Both the position numbers and the translations under genes were made by a program. A DNA stretch of 64,000 nt from Eledone cirrhosa (taxonomy: Eukaryota), in contig CAXHJY010000718.1 in NCBI GenBank assembly GCA_964016885.1, positions 1-64,000 on the forward strand, given 5' to 3'. Positions 15,768 through 29,745 of the stretch are shown one piece after another (the stretch's first letter is position 1; each line of letters starts with the position of its first letter). The notes beneath the pieces were generated by a model. It saw only the letters and a list, made by a program, of their open reading frames with translations. It was not told the origin of the DNA and ran no database searches.

Positions 15768-16326
15768 TGTCTCATGGTCAGGTCGTTGGCGACTAAACTG
15801 GCAACCCCCACCAAGGTTTCTTGGTGAAGAGGGTGACTTTGGGCATCCTGCAGGACTAAAAACAAAACCTGTCAAAGGGCAAAGGAGCTCTTAAGAGTCA
15901 ATGGCCATCCAAAATCACCGGGAGAGATGACCCCTTAGCCTTTGTCAAGGCAGAATTCTGGGAGAAGGAAAACTCTGATATAACACCTGCGACTCTGATG
16001 GTATCCAATGATGTTGACTTGTTCTTCTTTTTGGTAAATATCATCTTGATTAAGAGAGTGGGACTGGCTTTGTGCAGTGCCTTTGCTCACTATAAAAGCT
16101 TCACGGCACAGGCATTGCTTTATATCTGGAGATCTCTCTGCACTTGTCATCACATGGTACCATGGGCCCAGCACTGTGTCAATAATTGTCACAAGTGTAG
16201 TGTTTGTACCAGAGTGTTCAAGTCGGTGGCTGGACTAAAAAGTCACACTCGTTCAGCGCATCGGTAGGGGTTCTCCTACATGGATATAAAGTAGTGGCCG
16301 TACTCGAAAACGAGTTGGCAACCACC
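15768..16326 (+). mobile_element. Bipartite non-autonomous RTE-derived element, copy 1
   Basis: RTE-like 5'UTR motif ggagaaggaaaactctgat joined to a 3' end encoding [23 protein letters not shown]; flanked by microsatellites. Confidence 0.75.
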
Positions 16327-16339
16327 ATATATATATATG

Positions 16340-16440
<101 letters not shown>

Positions 16441-16488
16441 ACGTATATAAACTCATATTTATAGGTAACTCTTTCTCTTTCTCTTTCT

Positions 16489-16527
<39 letters not shown>

Positions 16528-18461
16528 GGGGGTGTCTAAGTGTACATACATATATACATACATATATTTAAATAATATATATATATGAAACGTTAAATGA
16601 GTAACCAACAAAAGGTTTACTTAGTGTAAGTTGTTATATTTTTACCAATTAGATTAGAAAACTAACAAGATTACATTTTCACTATTTATATTTGCAGTCC
16701 ATCAACGATTCCCATTTAGATTATATTTAATCTAATCTCAATTATCAAATCTTATTTATTGTAAGCATTGTCTGCTTCAGTGTTTCCCAACCCTTTCACT
16801 ACCAAAGACCTCTGGTATTTAAATGAATTCTATAACGGCCTCTCATCTGCTACAGTTACATCTCTCCTAGGTTGTTTTACAGTTAATATAACTAATAAAA
16901 GTTAGAAATATTTATTATTTATACTTAGATAAGAAGGTATATTCTGTATTGGGTGTATATTATGTTTATTGAAAGGGATTTGAAATTGTTATACAGTAAT
17001 AATTTAAAACAGAAATCATTTTACTTAAGGAAGAATGGAGATCCAATAGTGTGTGTTTATAAAAAGGTATATATATTTTGGAAGGGTCATGCTACCAATA
17101 AGAATACACGCACCAGTGAGTTTCATTTCAATTTATTATTATAATTTTCCGACAGTTAGTTTAATAACCGGATAGTTCTTTAGTTGTTAAGTGAACAGTT
17201 TGTGTCATTCTTATTGGGGTGTGGTTTGTGGAAGAATTGGCTGATATTTCTAGCTGGTCCTACAACTATATAGAAGCTCTCTCATTCATCCCGGTGGTGA
17301 ATACAGTATAGAGAGAAAATATGTGTGACAGCTGTTGTTGATTGCTAATTATTTTCTACTTCAAGCTACATCATCTGGATTTTGTATCGCTAATTTAAGC
17401 TTGTCTAGCTCATCAAACGGTGATTTCTATTTTAGCGTTAAGAATGTTAGTGACAAGTGTATAACAATATCATACATCTGGAGTTTGTTTTATATTCAGA
17501 AACTCTTGAATTAATGGCCCAAGGAGTGATCATAAGTGTTTAATATATCCTTTCTGTTTTCATCCAATTATAATAATTATAATTTTGTCGTGAATCTGTA
17601 AAAATAGTCATTTTTGTAAAAGATGCATTGTTCACTTAATATATAATTAATGAAATTATAGCATTCCTCATGTGCATTACTTCATGTTTTACAAATAACT
17701 ATGTATCTTCTTTCGTCGAGAATTGATTATTTCATGCAACTGATTTATCAAATGTCCACAATGAAAACTGATAAATGTTGCTGAATACAATTATCGGATT
17801 AATAATAGAATATTATTCTTATTCTCATCGCTGTTCAATGCTACATTCAAAATGGTGTCGTTGGCCTCAAATCTTTATAAAGTGCAAGAGTAATTCTTTC
17901 CTCCGATTATTATTATCAAACTAATGTAATTACATATTAACTTTTAAAATTGTTAGAGGTTCAATTGCAAATTTATATTTCATTCAAGACTGAAGAAAGA
18001 CTGTTCCGTACTTTGAATTGTTTATTGAATAATACCTTCGATATAGAACCTTTCAAACCACCACCACCCCCACACTTGTCAAACTTCATTGTGGGTATTT
18101 AACCCTTCACCTCTCGAGAATTATTATTTCTAGAATGTAACCCTTCTGTATTGAAATTCACTTGCTTTCTTCAATTTTGTAAATGTTCATCTTATTTTAT
18201 TCATTAACTCATAACGTGCCGTTCAGCATGAAGTCGCAATAGTAACAAATTATTCAAAAGTACAAAAGATTACTAAGACTTGAACAATGCCTTTAATTTA
18301 GTTTACTGCAAACGATGGACAAATCGTTGTGAACAACGATTTGTCCATCATGACGTTAAGGGTGCACATGACTATAGAAGGTTCAACCACTTGCCCGTTA
18401 ATTTCACAAGCAGAGCGTCCTGTTGTTCGAACAACTTGGAAGATTGGAAGAATTTATACTT

Positions 18462-18755
18462 ACTGGTCATAAAATTACTGAATCATACAATTCCTGGTCA
18501 TACAATTACTGGTCATACGATTACTGGTCATACAATTCCTAGTCATACGTCTCCTAGAAATACAATTTCTGGTCATACATCTCCTAGAAATACAATTCCT
18601 GGTCATACATCTCCTAGACATACAATTATTGGTCATACATCTCCTAGACATTCAATTACTAGTCATACATCTACTAGACATACAATTACTGGTCATACGA
18701 TTACTGGTCATAAAATTCCTGGTCATAAACTTCTGTCATACAAGATTTTGTCATA
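18462..18755. repeat. 15-bp minisatellite (ctggtcatacaatta variants), about 19 units
   Basis: Direct reading; produces the GHTIT/SPRHT periodic ORF. Confidence 0.9.
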
Positions 18756-20699
18756 AAATTAGCTATATTATAAACTATTATTTAAAAGTGATGTATGAAG
18801 ATACCATACGTTGTCTTAAAACTTTTATAATTAACACTCTTGTAACTGTATTTCTAATAGAATACACTCTATTTTAATTAATTTTGTGATATTTTCTAAA
18901 CTTATTTATTTCATTAGGGATTGCGACTTAACATGTTCTTGTATAAAATTATGTTGGAAGCTTATAATTTAATTAAGAATCCTTTCTAATAGGTGGTTTT
19001 ATTTCAAGGAACAAGAGCTAGTTTTTTGTGGATTTGTATTAAAAGGGTTAAGGAAAGATTTAATTCCAAGAATAGTTGAAGAATTATATGTGAATATTGA
19101 AAAGTAAGTAGCTGGAAGATTGAAATAAGTAATTTATCATTTCAGTATCAGGAGTCAACAGTTGTTAATAATAACACCATGCTTGAGGCATATATACTTT
19201 ATATTATTCTCGAGTATAAATTGAAAACTGATACACATACTAATTTTAAAAGACTTAGAAAGTAACACTACTGGGGAATATATTTTTTATTGTGTAAAGA
19301 TATTTCTTCGGCGAGGATGTAGTTTCGATTGTAAAATAGAGATGGTCAAAATGAATATCTTCTTAAACATTTGCAAACTATCGTATGATATGGTCCTGTA
19401 ACGCCTGATGAAGCCGTAAGAGCGCCGTACGACGTTTCTTGGGCAATTTTAAACCTGGCGGTGCCCATCCCTCTCCAGGCCTGAGTACAGCAGATTTCTT
19501 CCAGAGAAAGATAGAAAGGGAGAGAAAGGAAGTGAGAAAGAGATATAGAAAAAGAATTGATCCCAATACTAAACTGTCAACAATATCGTATATCGAATAT
19601 GATCCCCTATTTAGGAAATGTTCAACTTATATTAGATTTCTTTTACATACGGAGGTTAGACAGCTCTGCCAAAAAAAATACTTACAATTAGTTATGGTGT
19701 CATATTTAACGTTCTAGATAATAAAAGCAATTTTGATTTGCTAACAGAACACAAAAGACCAATAAGGTATCAACTGAACTCCAAAGAAAATGTATTTAAT
19801 TTGCTGCTTGTAAAATCGTATCTAAAGCATGCACTAAAAAATTGGGAAATTCGTCAAGTAAATTTTTTAAATATTTCGTAGCATTTCTGAGCTGGCAGAA
19901 TTTTTTTTTTTTTCTTGTAGTTCACAAAAATGAGTCTTGAGTCATTCTGGTAATTTATTATCATTAAATCTGACGTGGGGAAAAAAGGCTTATCTGATTT
20001 ATTTTCTTTGAAGTAAAGCCATTGATGTTCGGCCCATTTCATTGTGATGTTTGTTGGTTAAGCCGAAGTTCTTCAAGAAGAATTAATGGAAGTGTGATAC
20101 AACGATAACTTAACTACATGTGTGATAAAACAAGAAAGACTGAATTCTGGTTATTAAACGATTATAAATCACTATAGCAAAGGTAGCTGACAGAAATGGT
20201 CAAAATAATTGTCTTTTATCCAACTTCATATATGATTCAAACTGAGGTTAGGTTGGTTAATAAATTGCTGAAAAAGAAATAAAATAGAATTAGATGAACG
20301 CAAAACGGGTGCCAAGAGGATTAATTTCAGCACCATTGAATCGGACATGGTGAATTTAGTAATCAAATACCAGTCTTAAGGATTTCATGTAATAAAATAG
20401 TTTGAAAGTTTGAGAAAATCTACAAATCTTTCAGCATTTAGAGATTGAGGCGAAGATACAGAGAGACAGGAAAAGGTGGGGGCAATACGACTCCATTCAG
20501 TTCACACGCAATGTATATATACATTATAACTAACTATATTCAAAGGAAATAGCATCCTGTTGTCATTTTGAATCAGCCTGGAGGTAAATATAACTACGTT
20601 CTGTCTTCACTAAATTAAATAGTTATACATAATCTTATATTTTCGTATGTTGATATATCGTTATTTTTGGACCCCCACGTCCTTCCCATCCACGAGATC

Positions 20700-20990
20700 T
20701 CCAGTTGATTCAATCAACAAAACAGTCTGCTTCTGAAATTAACTAGCACGTGACTGAGCGTTCCACAGGCATGTACACTTTTAACGTTGTTCCCAAGGAA
20801 GCTCAGCGTGACACACTGTGTAACATGGCTGCATTCTTGAAGTTACGAGTGCAACATATTTTTGCTAGAGGGCTGGTGCATCATGAAATAAAATATTTTA
20901 CTTAATGACACAGTGCACCACACGCCCCGGGAATCGAACTCACGCCCCTACGATCGAGGGATAAACATCCTTACGAGTAAGTCACTCAAT
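20700..20990 (-). mobile_element. Second tRNA-derived SINE family (CORE-like body), degenerate
   Basis: gggaatcgaactcacg is a B-box on the minus strand; homologous to 59366-59600. Confidence 0.6.
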
Positions 20991-21111
20991 TATATATATT
21001 CTTATATTCAAATTCGTCTGCGTTATTTGTTTAAATATGGATCATATTTTCAGTAATTTTACTCCGGTTATGCTAAGACACCCTGTTCATGTGTGTGTGA
21101 GTACACAGGTG

Positions 21112-21173
<62 letters not shown>

Positions 21174-21183
21174 TACACAGGTG

Positions 21184-21218
<35 letters not shown>

Positions 21219-21238
21219 CATGTTTCTGTGTGTGTGTA

Positions 21239-21377
21239 TAAACAGAAATAACAAGCAATCGGTACAGTATATGGAAGGGATATATTAGACTAACACTTGA
21301 TATAGCAGGAAGAGGGTAGCGTTAACCTAATATATCGCTTCCATATACTGTACCGATTGTGTTGTTATTTTTGTTTA
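21239..21377. mobile_element. Inverted-repeat element in a microsatellite; arm fragments also at about 45826-45875 and 45925-45975
   Basis: caatcggtacagtatatggaag / cttccatatactgtaccgattg arms. Confidence 0.75.
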
Positions 21378-21382
21378 CCTTT

Positions 21383-21439
<57 letters not shown>

Positions 21440-21584
21440 ATATATATATATCAACGCTTACGTGGACCTCTCAGAATTCGTTGGATTTTCTAATTGGATT
21501 TTCACACCGAAACTGGATACCAACCCGGAGTACACCTGAGCTTCCACCAGGAAATCTTTCGTATCATTGAAATTTTCTTTGCTT

Positions 21585-21642
<58 letters not shown>

Positions 21643-21650
<8 letters not shown>

Positions 21651-21860
21651 TAACAGATTAAAGTTTAAGCAAAGAATCGCTGCTTTCACCCATAATGGGA
21701 TCTACTGAAACTCCCGTTAAGGGTGAAAGCAGCGATTCTTTGCTTAAACTTGAATCTGTTATTTTAATAAATATTTGCTCTACGGTTCTTATATATTTGA
21801 TATATATTTATCCTTATCGAGCCCTCTTTGGATTTTAGTCTTCAAATTTATTATTATTAC
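21643..21860 (+). mobile_element. Family B fold-back element in (TA)n
   Basis: Near-identical to 8118-8332 with a different loop sequence. Confidence 0.85.
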
Positions 21861-22054
21861 TATATATATATATATATATATACATATAGATATATAGATA
21901 TAGATATATAGATATATATATTCTTTATAATGGCTAAGTTATGAGTCATTTTCTCCGGTGTTTCGGCTGTATGTATGTATATATTTAAATCTATTCCAGT
22001 ACCAGCCACGGGATACCATATCTCCACATTGGTAAACCACTCAACATAAATGGC

Positions 22055-22086
<32 letters not shown>

Positions 22087-22139
22087 ATATATGTGTGTGT
22101 GTGTGTGTGTATATATATGTGTGTGTGTGTGTATAGATG

Positions 22140-22170
<31 letters not shown>

Positions 22171-22210
22171 ATAGATATATATAGATATATGTGTGTGTGT
22201 GTATAGATGC

Positions 22211-22242
<32 letters not shown>

Positions 22243-23074
22243 ATAGATGTATATATATAAATGTGTGCGTGCATCTGTGTGTTTGTGAGTGGGGAGTGTA
22301 CAGACAGGTATTCATACATTTCACTTATTGGGTAAGAACAGAGAGACTTCAACATAGAGAACGCAATACCATCCATACCATCTTATAATATCATGTATTT
22401 GACGGTAGCTTTCACATTTCTTAACTTTGTACGGTACAGTACGAGACTTAATATTTCTGAAGAAAGAGGAAATGCGGTAGATTTTATAATTGAAGTTTCT
22501 TTAACTGTGATTCAAAGATATTCTAATCAATAGTATTTGTCATTATAAAAATTGATTTCAGATTGAAAGGTCAAGACACATTCTGTCTCCTTGGCAACGG
22601 GCCAACTTTATAGGATGCTGAAGAGCCATTGGACGGCTGAATCTTTGAAAATATAATTAACTTTAAAGTCAAGTTCATGAAGATGCGATAGAATCACAAA
22701 CGGGGTTTATTGGTTTTCTCTGCTCATGTGAGTTAAGGTTTTGGAAACGCTTGATTTCCTTGTAATAGGGGATCTGTCAATGCCAGTGGTTTCTTTCTTA
22801 ACTCATAAGGATTAATGATGTAGTAGGTGGAGTGGGTGGGGTGGAGTGGGGCCATTTTAAACCAGGCGGCACCCATACTTCCTTCTACAAGAAGGTTATA
22901 TACCACCAGAAGGTTAATAGATTAGAGGGGAAATATTTAAATATTTGAGAGCTAGGTAAAAAAAAAATAATAGTGTGATTAGAAGAAGAAGAAGAAGAAA
23001 GTTTGTGTTTTCATTTTGTACGCTACAGCAAATGTGTTCGGTGGATGTGGAAATTGGAGTTGTAGATGAATATA

Positions 23075-23120
<46 letters not shown>

Positions 23121-23166
23121 TATTCACCTACCTATTTCTATCTATTTATATATATCTCTCTCTCTT

Positions 23167-23197
<31 letters not shown>

Positions 23198-23216
23198 CAC
23201 ACATACACACACTGGC

Positions 23217-23278
<62 letters not shown>

Positions 23279-23424
23279 ATCGGAGAAAGCTTTTTAGCGA
23301 TACTCCGGCCAAATTCCAACTCACTCAACAAACATTAGGAAATAAGTCATTATATTCCCAATTATGTGTTCGGGGTACTAACTAAAAGTATTGCGTGGAA
23401 AATTGGCTGTTTTATTTCAAATGA

Positions 23425-23485
<61 letters not shown>

Positions 23486-23632
23486 TGTTTGTTAAAATAA
23501 CTGAATTAATTTAATTCAACAGATAAAAACACATAGAAATTACCAAAAAACCCAGAAGACTGAGAAGTCGACCCTAAATATGATTAATAGGAAAGCCATG
23601 AACGGCACCACATCTTTTTAACTTTGATTTAT

Positions 23633-23911
23633 AAGTAGGTTTATAATTATTAATTTTCATTATACTTTTGTAGCTGTTTCGGTGGCCTAATTGTAGGAAT
23701 CATGGCCACTGGTGATCCTGGTCTGGAGTTCGATCCTTGTCGGGAGTAGGGTTCCCAGTAAACATTTTCAGTTTTTTTTTTCTATGGGATGTAAAATAAA
23801 AACTGAAAAGATTAGATGTCCCTCTTGACCAGGATTGAACCCAAGACCAGGACCTCCACCACCGAGACAGCTCCGAAAGTCTTATGAAAATTCATACTTA
23901 TAAACCTACTT
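23633..23911. repeat. Diverged long inverted repeat with tRNA-like boxes and a GAAA-cagct motif
   Basis: aagtaggtttataa..agctgtttcggtgg / ccaccgagacagct..ttataaacctactt; inner ggagttcgatcc. Confidence 0.6.
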
Positions 23912-23973
23912 TCAAAATTTTCAATACAAAATGATGTAGAGTTTCAATATCCATTTATTATGGCTAAATAATG

Positions 23974-24028
23974 AGTCTTGTTACACAGGAGTTTCACTTG
24001 CGCACACACGGGCTCGTCAGACAATACT
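23974..24028 (-). ncRNA. Type I hammerhead motif, family J (truncated homolog at about 28120-28200)
   Basis: Minus strand: agtattgt-CTGACGA-gcccgtgtgtgcgcaagt-GAAA-ctcctgtg-TA-acaagact; helix I pairs at 7 of 8 positions. Confidence 0.65.
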
Positions 24029-24046
24029 GTTCTTGGCCATAATATA

Positions 24047-24086
<40 letters not shown>

Positions 24087-24201
24087 GTAAAGAGGCAGGC
24101 TGTGTAGTTACTGAAAACAAAGTGTAAGCAGGTAATAGGGACGTAAACAAGAGAAGAAAACTTGCCCTTCATCAGCTGTTTACTACGGATCATAGATGTT
24201 T

Positions 24202-24236
<35 letters not shown>

Positions 24237-24242
<6 letters not shown>

Positions 24243-24295
24243 ATCAATTTCTTCGTGTAGACCTAGCTGTTCGACACGAAGAAATTGATAAAATA
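24237..24295. mobile_element. Fold-back palindrome with HHR 3' half
   Basis: tttc-ttcgtgt..acacgaa-GAAA-ttga-TA; begins at the edge of a (TA)n tract. Confidence 0.6.
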
Positions 24296-24934
24296 CGTGG
24301 TCAGAATTGAAAAGGAACAAATGTCCACGGACCGACGGGATCGACACCGAAGACAAGGAATAATAAATAAATAAATAAATAAATAAAAGAATAGAATATT
24401 AAAAGAATAAAAGAATATAGAATATGAAAAGAATTCTGGTCAATGAATGCCATAAATATTTCGAAGTATTCTATGATGTGTGGTTTCAGTGATATGGTAT
24501 GGAAGTTTGTCTCATTGATTTAAACCACAGCTGTTTTCACTTCTGTCAGACGTGTGGAAGAATCAATCTCTCTCATAAATTTCACTCTCAACTTCTCACC
24601 TTCTTATTTTCTATTTTCATGATATGTGTAAGTAATATAAATTATGTGTATGTATATATATTTATAAAATTATATATGTATATACACATATATAAATACA
24701 TATGTATATATATATAACGAAGGAAGTGTGGTAAATAACCATACTCTTAACGTAATTTTCAGGGAGATTCACTAGGACACAGTATGTTTGTAATTCAAAG
24801 GACCAGCATTGCCACATTCTGTTATTTGAATTACAAATAGCGGTTCATTGGACGGGCTTCCACCCTGTTTCCGTCTACCCAATTTCACTGATCGACCAGA
24901 TACTCTTAGATATATCTCTAATATATTATAATTT

Positions 24935-25087
24935 GGATTGGCAGCAAAGAATTACGACCCTTTAGGGTCTGAGTTCAAATCCCGCCGAGGTTAACTTTGC
25001 CTTTCATCCTTACGGGGTCGATAAAATAAAGTTCCAGTAATACGCTGGGGTAATATCTGGCCTTGTGCCAAAAGTAGAAACAATTAT
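24935..25087 (+). mobile_element. tRNA-derived SINE (main family)
   Basis: B-box and conserved body and tail. Confidence 0.85.
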
Positions 25088-26713
25088 AATTTATTATAAT
25101 AGTTCTAATGAAGTGATTCTTTTAGACTGATTAGTGGTGTGATTATTTGGATTAATGTACCACGATATGATGTTAAACTTATCTGAATGCTTGCAGCCAG
25201 GAAAAGTTGGCAGGAGGCGGGGAACTCAACTAAAGGCATCCATGCAAGAATAAATTTGGATTTTGGATTTTATTTTATACTGAAAATATTATCTATATCT
25301 TCACTGTGATAACAGCAATAAACAGCTTTTTTTTTATATCGTTTCATCATTGGATTTCACAAACGGATAAGCAATCGATATTATTTGCATTAAATGAAGG
25401 TAAAATTGTTAATATGACGTATGTACCAATCCCTAACCACTTGATGATCTAATTGAAGTGAGATATCTATAATCAGAAATCAAAACCACTTTACACAGTC
25501 AATGATCAGGTGATGATATCTGCATCTCTGTAACCACACACCAGATTATGCAAATCTGTTATATGACATATAAAACATAAATAAAATATGCACATCATCT
25601 CTTTAATGGCTATATGTTTCTACCGGACAAATACAGACCACGGTAACTAGGGTTACTGTGATGCAGAAATATGTACAAATATTAACTCTTGTGGAGTTGT
25701 TATCGTTTCATATAGTTTCTAATATGTTTCCTATTTCATTTTCCAAACAAAACCAGTGAAGTGCGAAAGGAAAGAAAAAAAATGTTTGACAAATACGTAT
25801 GAGCTCAGTCTGAAATAATTCATTAATGGGGATAGGAAATTTATATACACACTTGTCTATAGAAGGAAAATAGTTTCCACCTGAGATAATTGATAATAGA
25901 TTTATTGAGCCTTGTCAGAGACTATCAGTCAGAAGTGAGGAGTTGTAATCAGTAATGAGGTGACCAGATACAATAATTGTTACAGTAATATCCTGTATTG
26001 AGGGGGTGTAAACCTTGATTACTAAAGTCTGTCTCGAGCCCAGAGGTTCATTAGGCCAGTGCTTATCCCGGTCTCCATGGCATGAACCGACTGACAGTTC
26101 AAGACCACCCGCTGGACAGGACGCCAGTTGATCCGCCAGCTATTACTGGTACTCATTTATTTATTTAGCTGAGTATACAGGAACAACTTGAAATGATGTG
26201 CTTTGCTTAAACCCAACATAACACACAACCCAATTCAGGAATTGGACCCACGAGATTATAATCGTTAGTCCAACACTCTCACCCACACCACGATCTGAGT
26301 TCAAATCCCATTGAAGTACCAGTACCCCCAATGGAGTTGATATAATCAATTAACCCCTCCCCAAACTACTTGACCTTGTGCCTAAACAGAAACTGTTATA
26401 AATACGTTAAAACGAGGGAAGAAATTTTTCTTGAGAAAGACATGAAACAGAAATACTTCAACAACGTATTCAGTGGAGCATTGCTCTCATTACTGTAGAA
26501 TTGCGTTAGTGAGTGAAGCTAGTCATCATATGTTTCGTATATTAAATGTGAAATTTAGAAATAAAATGTGTAAAGTGCGGATGTGAATGCAGTAAATAGA
26601 GAAGTGCGATGTGTATAAAATAGTGTGAAATCTGTTGAGAGGTGTGAGATATGAGTAATAGAACACTTTAGTTTTATAACACACTACAGTAATACATATA
26701 TACATGAATACGT

Positions 26714-26764
<51 letters not shown>

Positions 26765-27273
26765 CATTAGTAGATAAATAAATGCACGCAAGCATGCATA
26801 CTTGTGTGTATATATATATATATAAACTGCATACGTGCAAGTGATTACAAGAGAACGAACAGCATCTACATTTGCGCATACATACATACATACATACATA
26901 CATACATACATACATACATACATACATACATACATACATCAAAAAATATACTCGAAATTAAGAGAAAGAGATAACATACATACATACATACATACATACA
27001 TACATACATACATACATACATACATACATACATACATACATACATACATACGGTCAAAAAATATACTCGAAATTAAGAGAAAGAGATATACATACATACA
27101 TACATACATACATACATACATACATACATACATACATACATACAAACACGTCTTTCCAGAAAACACCTATGACTAAGATTTATAAAATCACGGGAAAAAA
27201 TGGAAAGAAAATTGCCTTGGAACAACAATTGGCACCTTGTGTAGATTTAGAAATTATCAGGTTTTGGAGTACC

Positions 27274-27365
<92 letters not shown>

Positions 27366-27514
27366 TTTTTTTATTTATTGCAAATTTCTTGAGGAAAAGT
27401 AGTATGTTCCCATTTATTCATTTCATGCAATAAATCTAAAGTGTGATCTGATTCAAGATTACATATTTAAACTTTTTTTTTAAATAGTTCATAGTTTTCT
27501 TAAAGAGACGGAAG

Positions 27515-27559
<45 letters not shown>

Positions 27560-27681
27560 ACAAGAGAGAATGAAAGAGAAAGGAGTTCGAGGCTACAAGG
27601 TCATCTTTCAAAACATGGAAATAATTCTGCCTGTAAACTACGAAGTATTATATTTGAAAACCATTATTAATAGAGAACTAG

Positions 27682-27970
27682 GGCGGTGGATTGAAGGGCG
27701 GTGGATTGGCAGTATCGATAGAGGCTCGGACGCCATGCTTGGACACATAGAGTTACGGCCCTTACCATTCTGAGTTCAAATCCCGCCGAGGTTAACTTTG
27801 CCTTTCATCCTTATGGAGTCGATAAAATAAAGTACCAGTAATACACTGGGTAATTGCTGGCCTTGTGCCAAAAGTAGAAACAATTATTAATAGAGAACTA
27901 TTAATAAAGTACCAGTAATACACTGGGATAATTGCTGGCCTTGTGCCAAAAGTAGAAACAATTATTAATA
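27682..27970 (+). mobile_element. Full-length main-family SINE with a duplicated 3' tail
   Basis: ggcggtggattggcagtatcg A-box region, B-box and body; tail repeated at about 27903-27970. Confidence 0.85.
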
Positions 27971-28227
27971 GAGAACTGGAAGGGAGAAATATTTAAATAT
28001 TTATTGTGAAGCTTAGTGGGAGTAGTAGTAGTGGTGGTGGTGGTGGTGGTGGTGGTGGTGGTGGTAGGAGGAGGAGGAGGAGGAGAGGAAGAAGAAGGAC
28101 GAGAGCAAAGAGTACTCAATACCGAAGTAGAGTTTCAATATTCATTTATTAAGGCTAAATGATGAGTCTTGTTACACTGGAGTTTCACTTGTGTGCACAC
28201 AGAGAAAATGAGAAAGAGATATAGCGG

Positions 28228-28385
28228 AAGAATCGACCCCAGTACTTGTCTGGTACTTTTTATCGACCACGAAAGGATGAAAGGCAAAGTTGACCTCGGC
28301 GGGATTTGAACTCAGAGAGCAGAGAACCAGAACAAATACCATAAAGTATTCTATCCGATGTCTTAATGACTGACAATTTGCCACC
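28228..28385 (-). mobile_element. SINE copy
   Basis: Reverse complement of the SINE body and head. Confidence 0.8.
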
Positions 28386-29176
28386 TACGACATACCTGCT
28401 ATCTCACGGTTGCCATTCGATCTCCTTAACCACACATCCGTATCTGCGCCCACGTGATTTTTTTTTAAGCAATATAATTTATTGATGATATAATGTTATT
28501 GATCATTGGAAAGAAAGTAGACACAGTCTGTCTAAAATGACGTAGATCTGACGTGGTAATTAAACTGATTATGACTGAAAAGAGACTTGTTGGTGTGAAC
28601 AATTCTTTTCATTATATAACTATTCGCAACTTATGTTAAGAATAAAGATTAAAAAATTTAAATAACTCCTCACTTAGGCTATAATTAGTATAACATTTGA
28701 AATATTTGAAATATTTCATACAAATACAAAGTAAATAAAAGGTAACCTCGGCGGGATTTGAACTCAGAGAGCCAGAAGGAATACCATAAAGCTTTCTATT
28801 CGACGTCTTAACGACTCTGCCAATTCACAGCCTAAATATAAACTTATTATAACATAAATCTTCTAACTAGAAGCAAGATGTCTTGGAAAGAGAAATTAGT
28901 TTGATATTGTAGTAATGTTAGGTTTTATGAGTATATCAATAGTTTATTTACAATATAATAATAGATAATGATATTAAATTAAATAAAATAATAATAAATG
29001 ACAAAACGAAACAAACTTAGATATATTGATCTAGAAGATGGATTAGATAATGGAAATATATATAATGTGCGAAGTAGATGGTAAGAAAATATGGAAAATA
29101 ATAATTTAAATGTATGTCTCTCTGATAAATATAAAAAGAAGGAGAGGGTGAGAGAGGGGGTGAGAGAGAGGGAGAG

Positions 29177-29207
<31 letters not shown>

Positions 29208-29271
29208 ATAATATAATCGAAGAATCAGACGAATTATTGTAAATTTAAGATAAAATCTGATAAAATTGATA

Positions 29272-29745
29272 ATGGTTTCTGATTTAGGCACAAGGCCAAC
29301 AATTTTGGAGTAAGGGGAAAGTCGAGTAAATCGACCCCAGTTCGTTACTGCTACTTTATTGTATTGTCCACCACATAAAGATGAAAGGCAAAGCTAACCT
29401 CGGCGGGATTTGAACTCAGCGGTTAAGTTTGCCTTTCATCTTTACGGGGTCGATAAAATAAAGTACCAGTGATTCACTGGAGTCGACTTAATCGACATTC
29501 CTCTCCCCTAAAATTGTTCTTCTTTTGCCTAAATCAGAAACCATTACTATTATTATTGAGAATAAAATTAATAATGGGAATAATATAATTGTTTCTACTT
29601 TTGGCACAAGGCCAGCAATCCACCAGTACATTACTGGTACTTTATTTTATCGACCCGGTAAGGATGAAAGGAAAAGTTAACCTCGGCGGGATTTGAACTC
29701 AGAATGGCAAGGGCCGTAACTCTATGCGTCTAAGCATGGTGTCAA
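29272..29745. mobile_element. Cluster of SINE copies including an inverted pair (about 29272-29420 minus, 29420-29545 plus)
   Basis: Opposite-orientation SINE bodies abut at about 29420. Confidence 0.75.

Noticed and set aside
16778-16815. hAT-like terminal sequence cagtgtttcccaacc (similar one at 13267)
   Set aside because: No matching opposite terminus or transposase was found.
19400-19440. CTGATGA in a composite SINE tail (also CTGAGGA near 13457)
   Set aside because: There is no downstream GAAA-helix III, and the motif is not conserved in other copies.
22455-22490. CTGAAGA..GAAA motif
   Set aside because: No helix I or helix II pairing.
22612-22650. CTGAAGA-gcc..ggc-tgaa hairpin
   Set aside because: It lacks GAAA, helix III and helix I, so it is at best a very degenerate relic.
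27682-27800. tRNA genes
   Set aside because: The A and B boxes belong to SINE heads followed by SINE body and tail, and no full cloverleaf can be folded.
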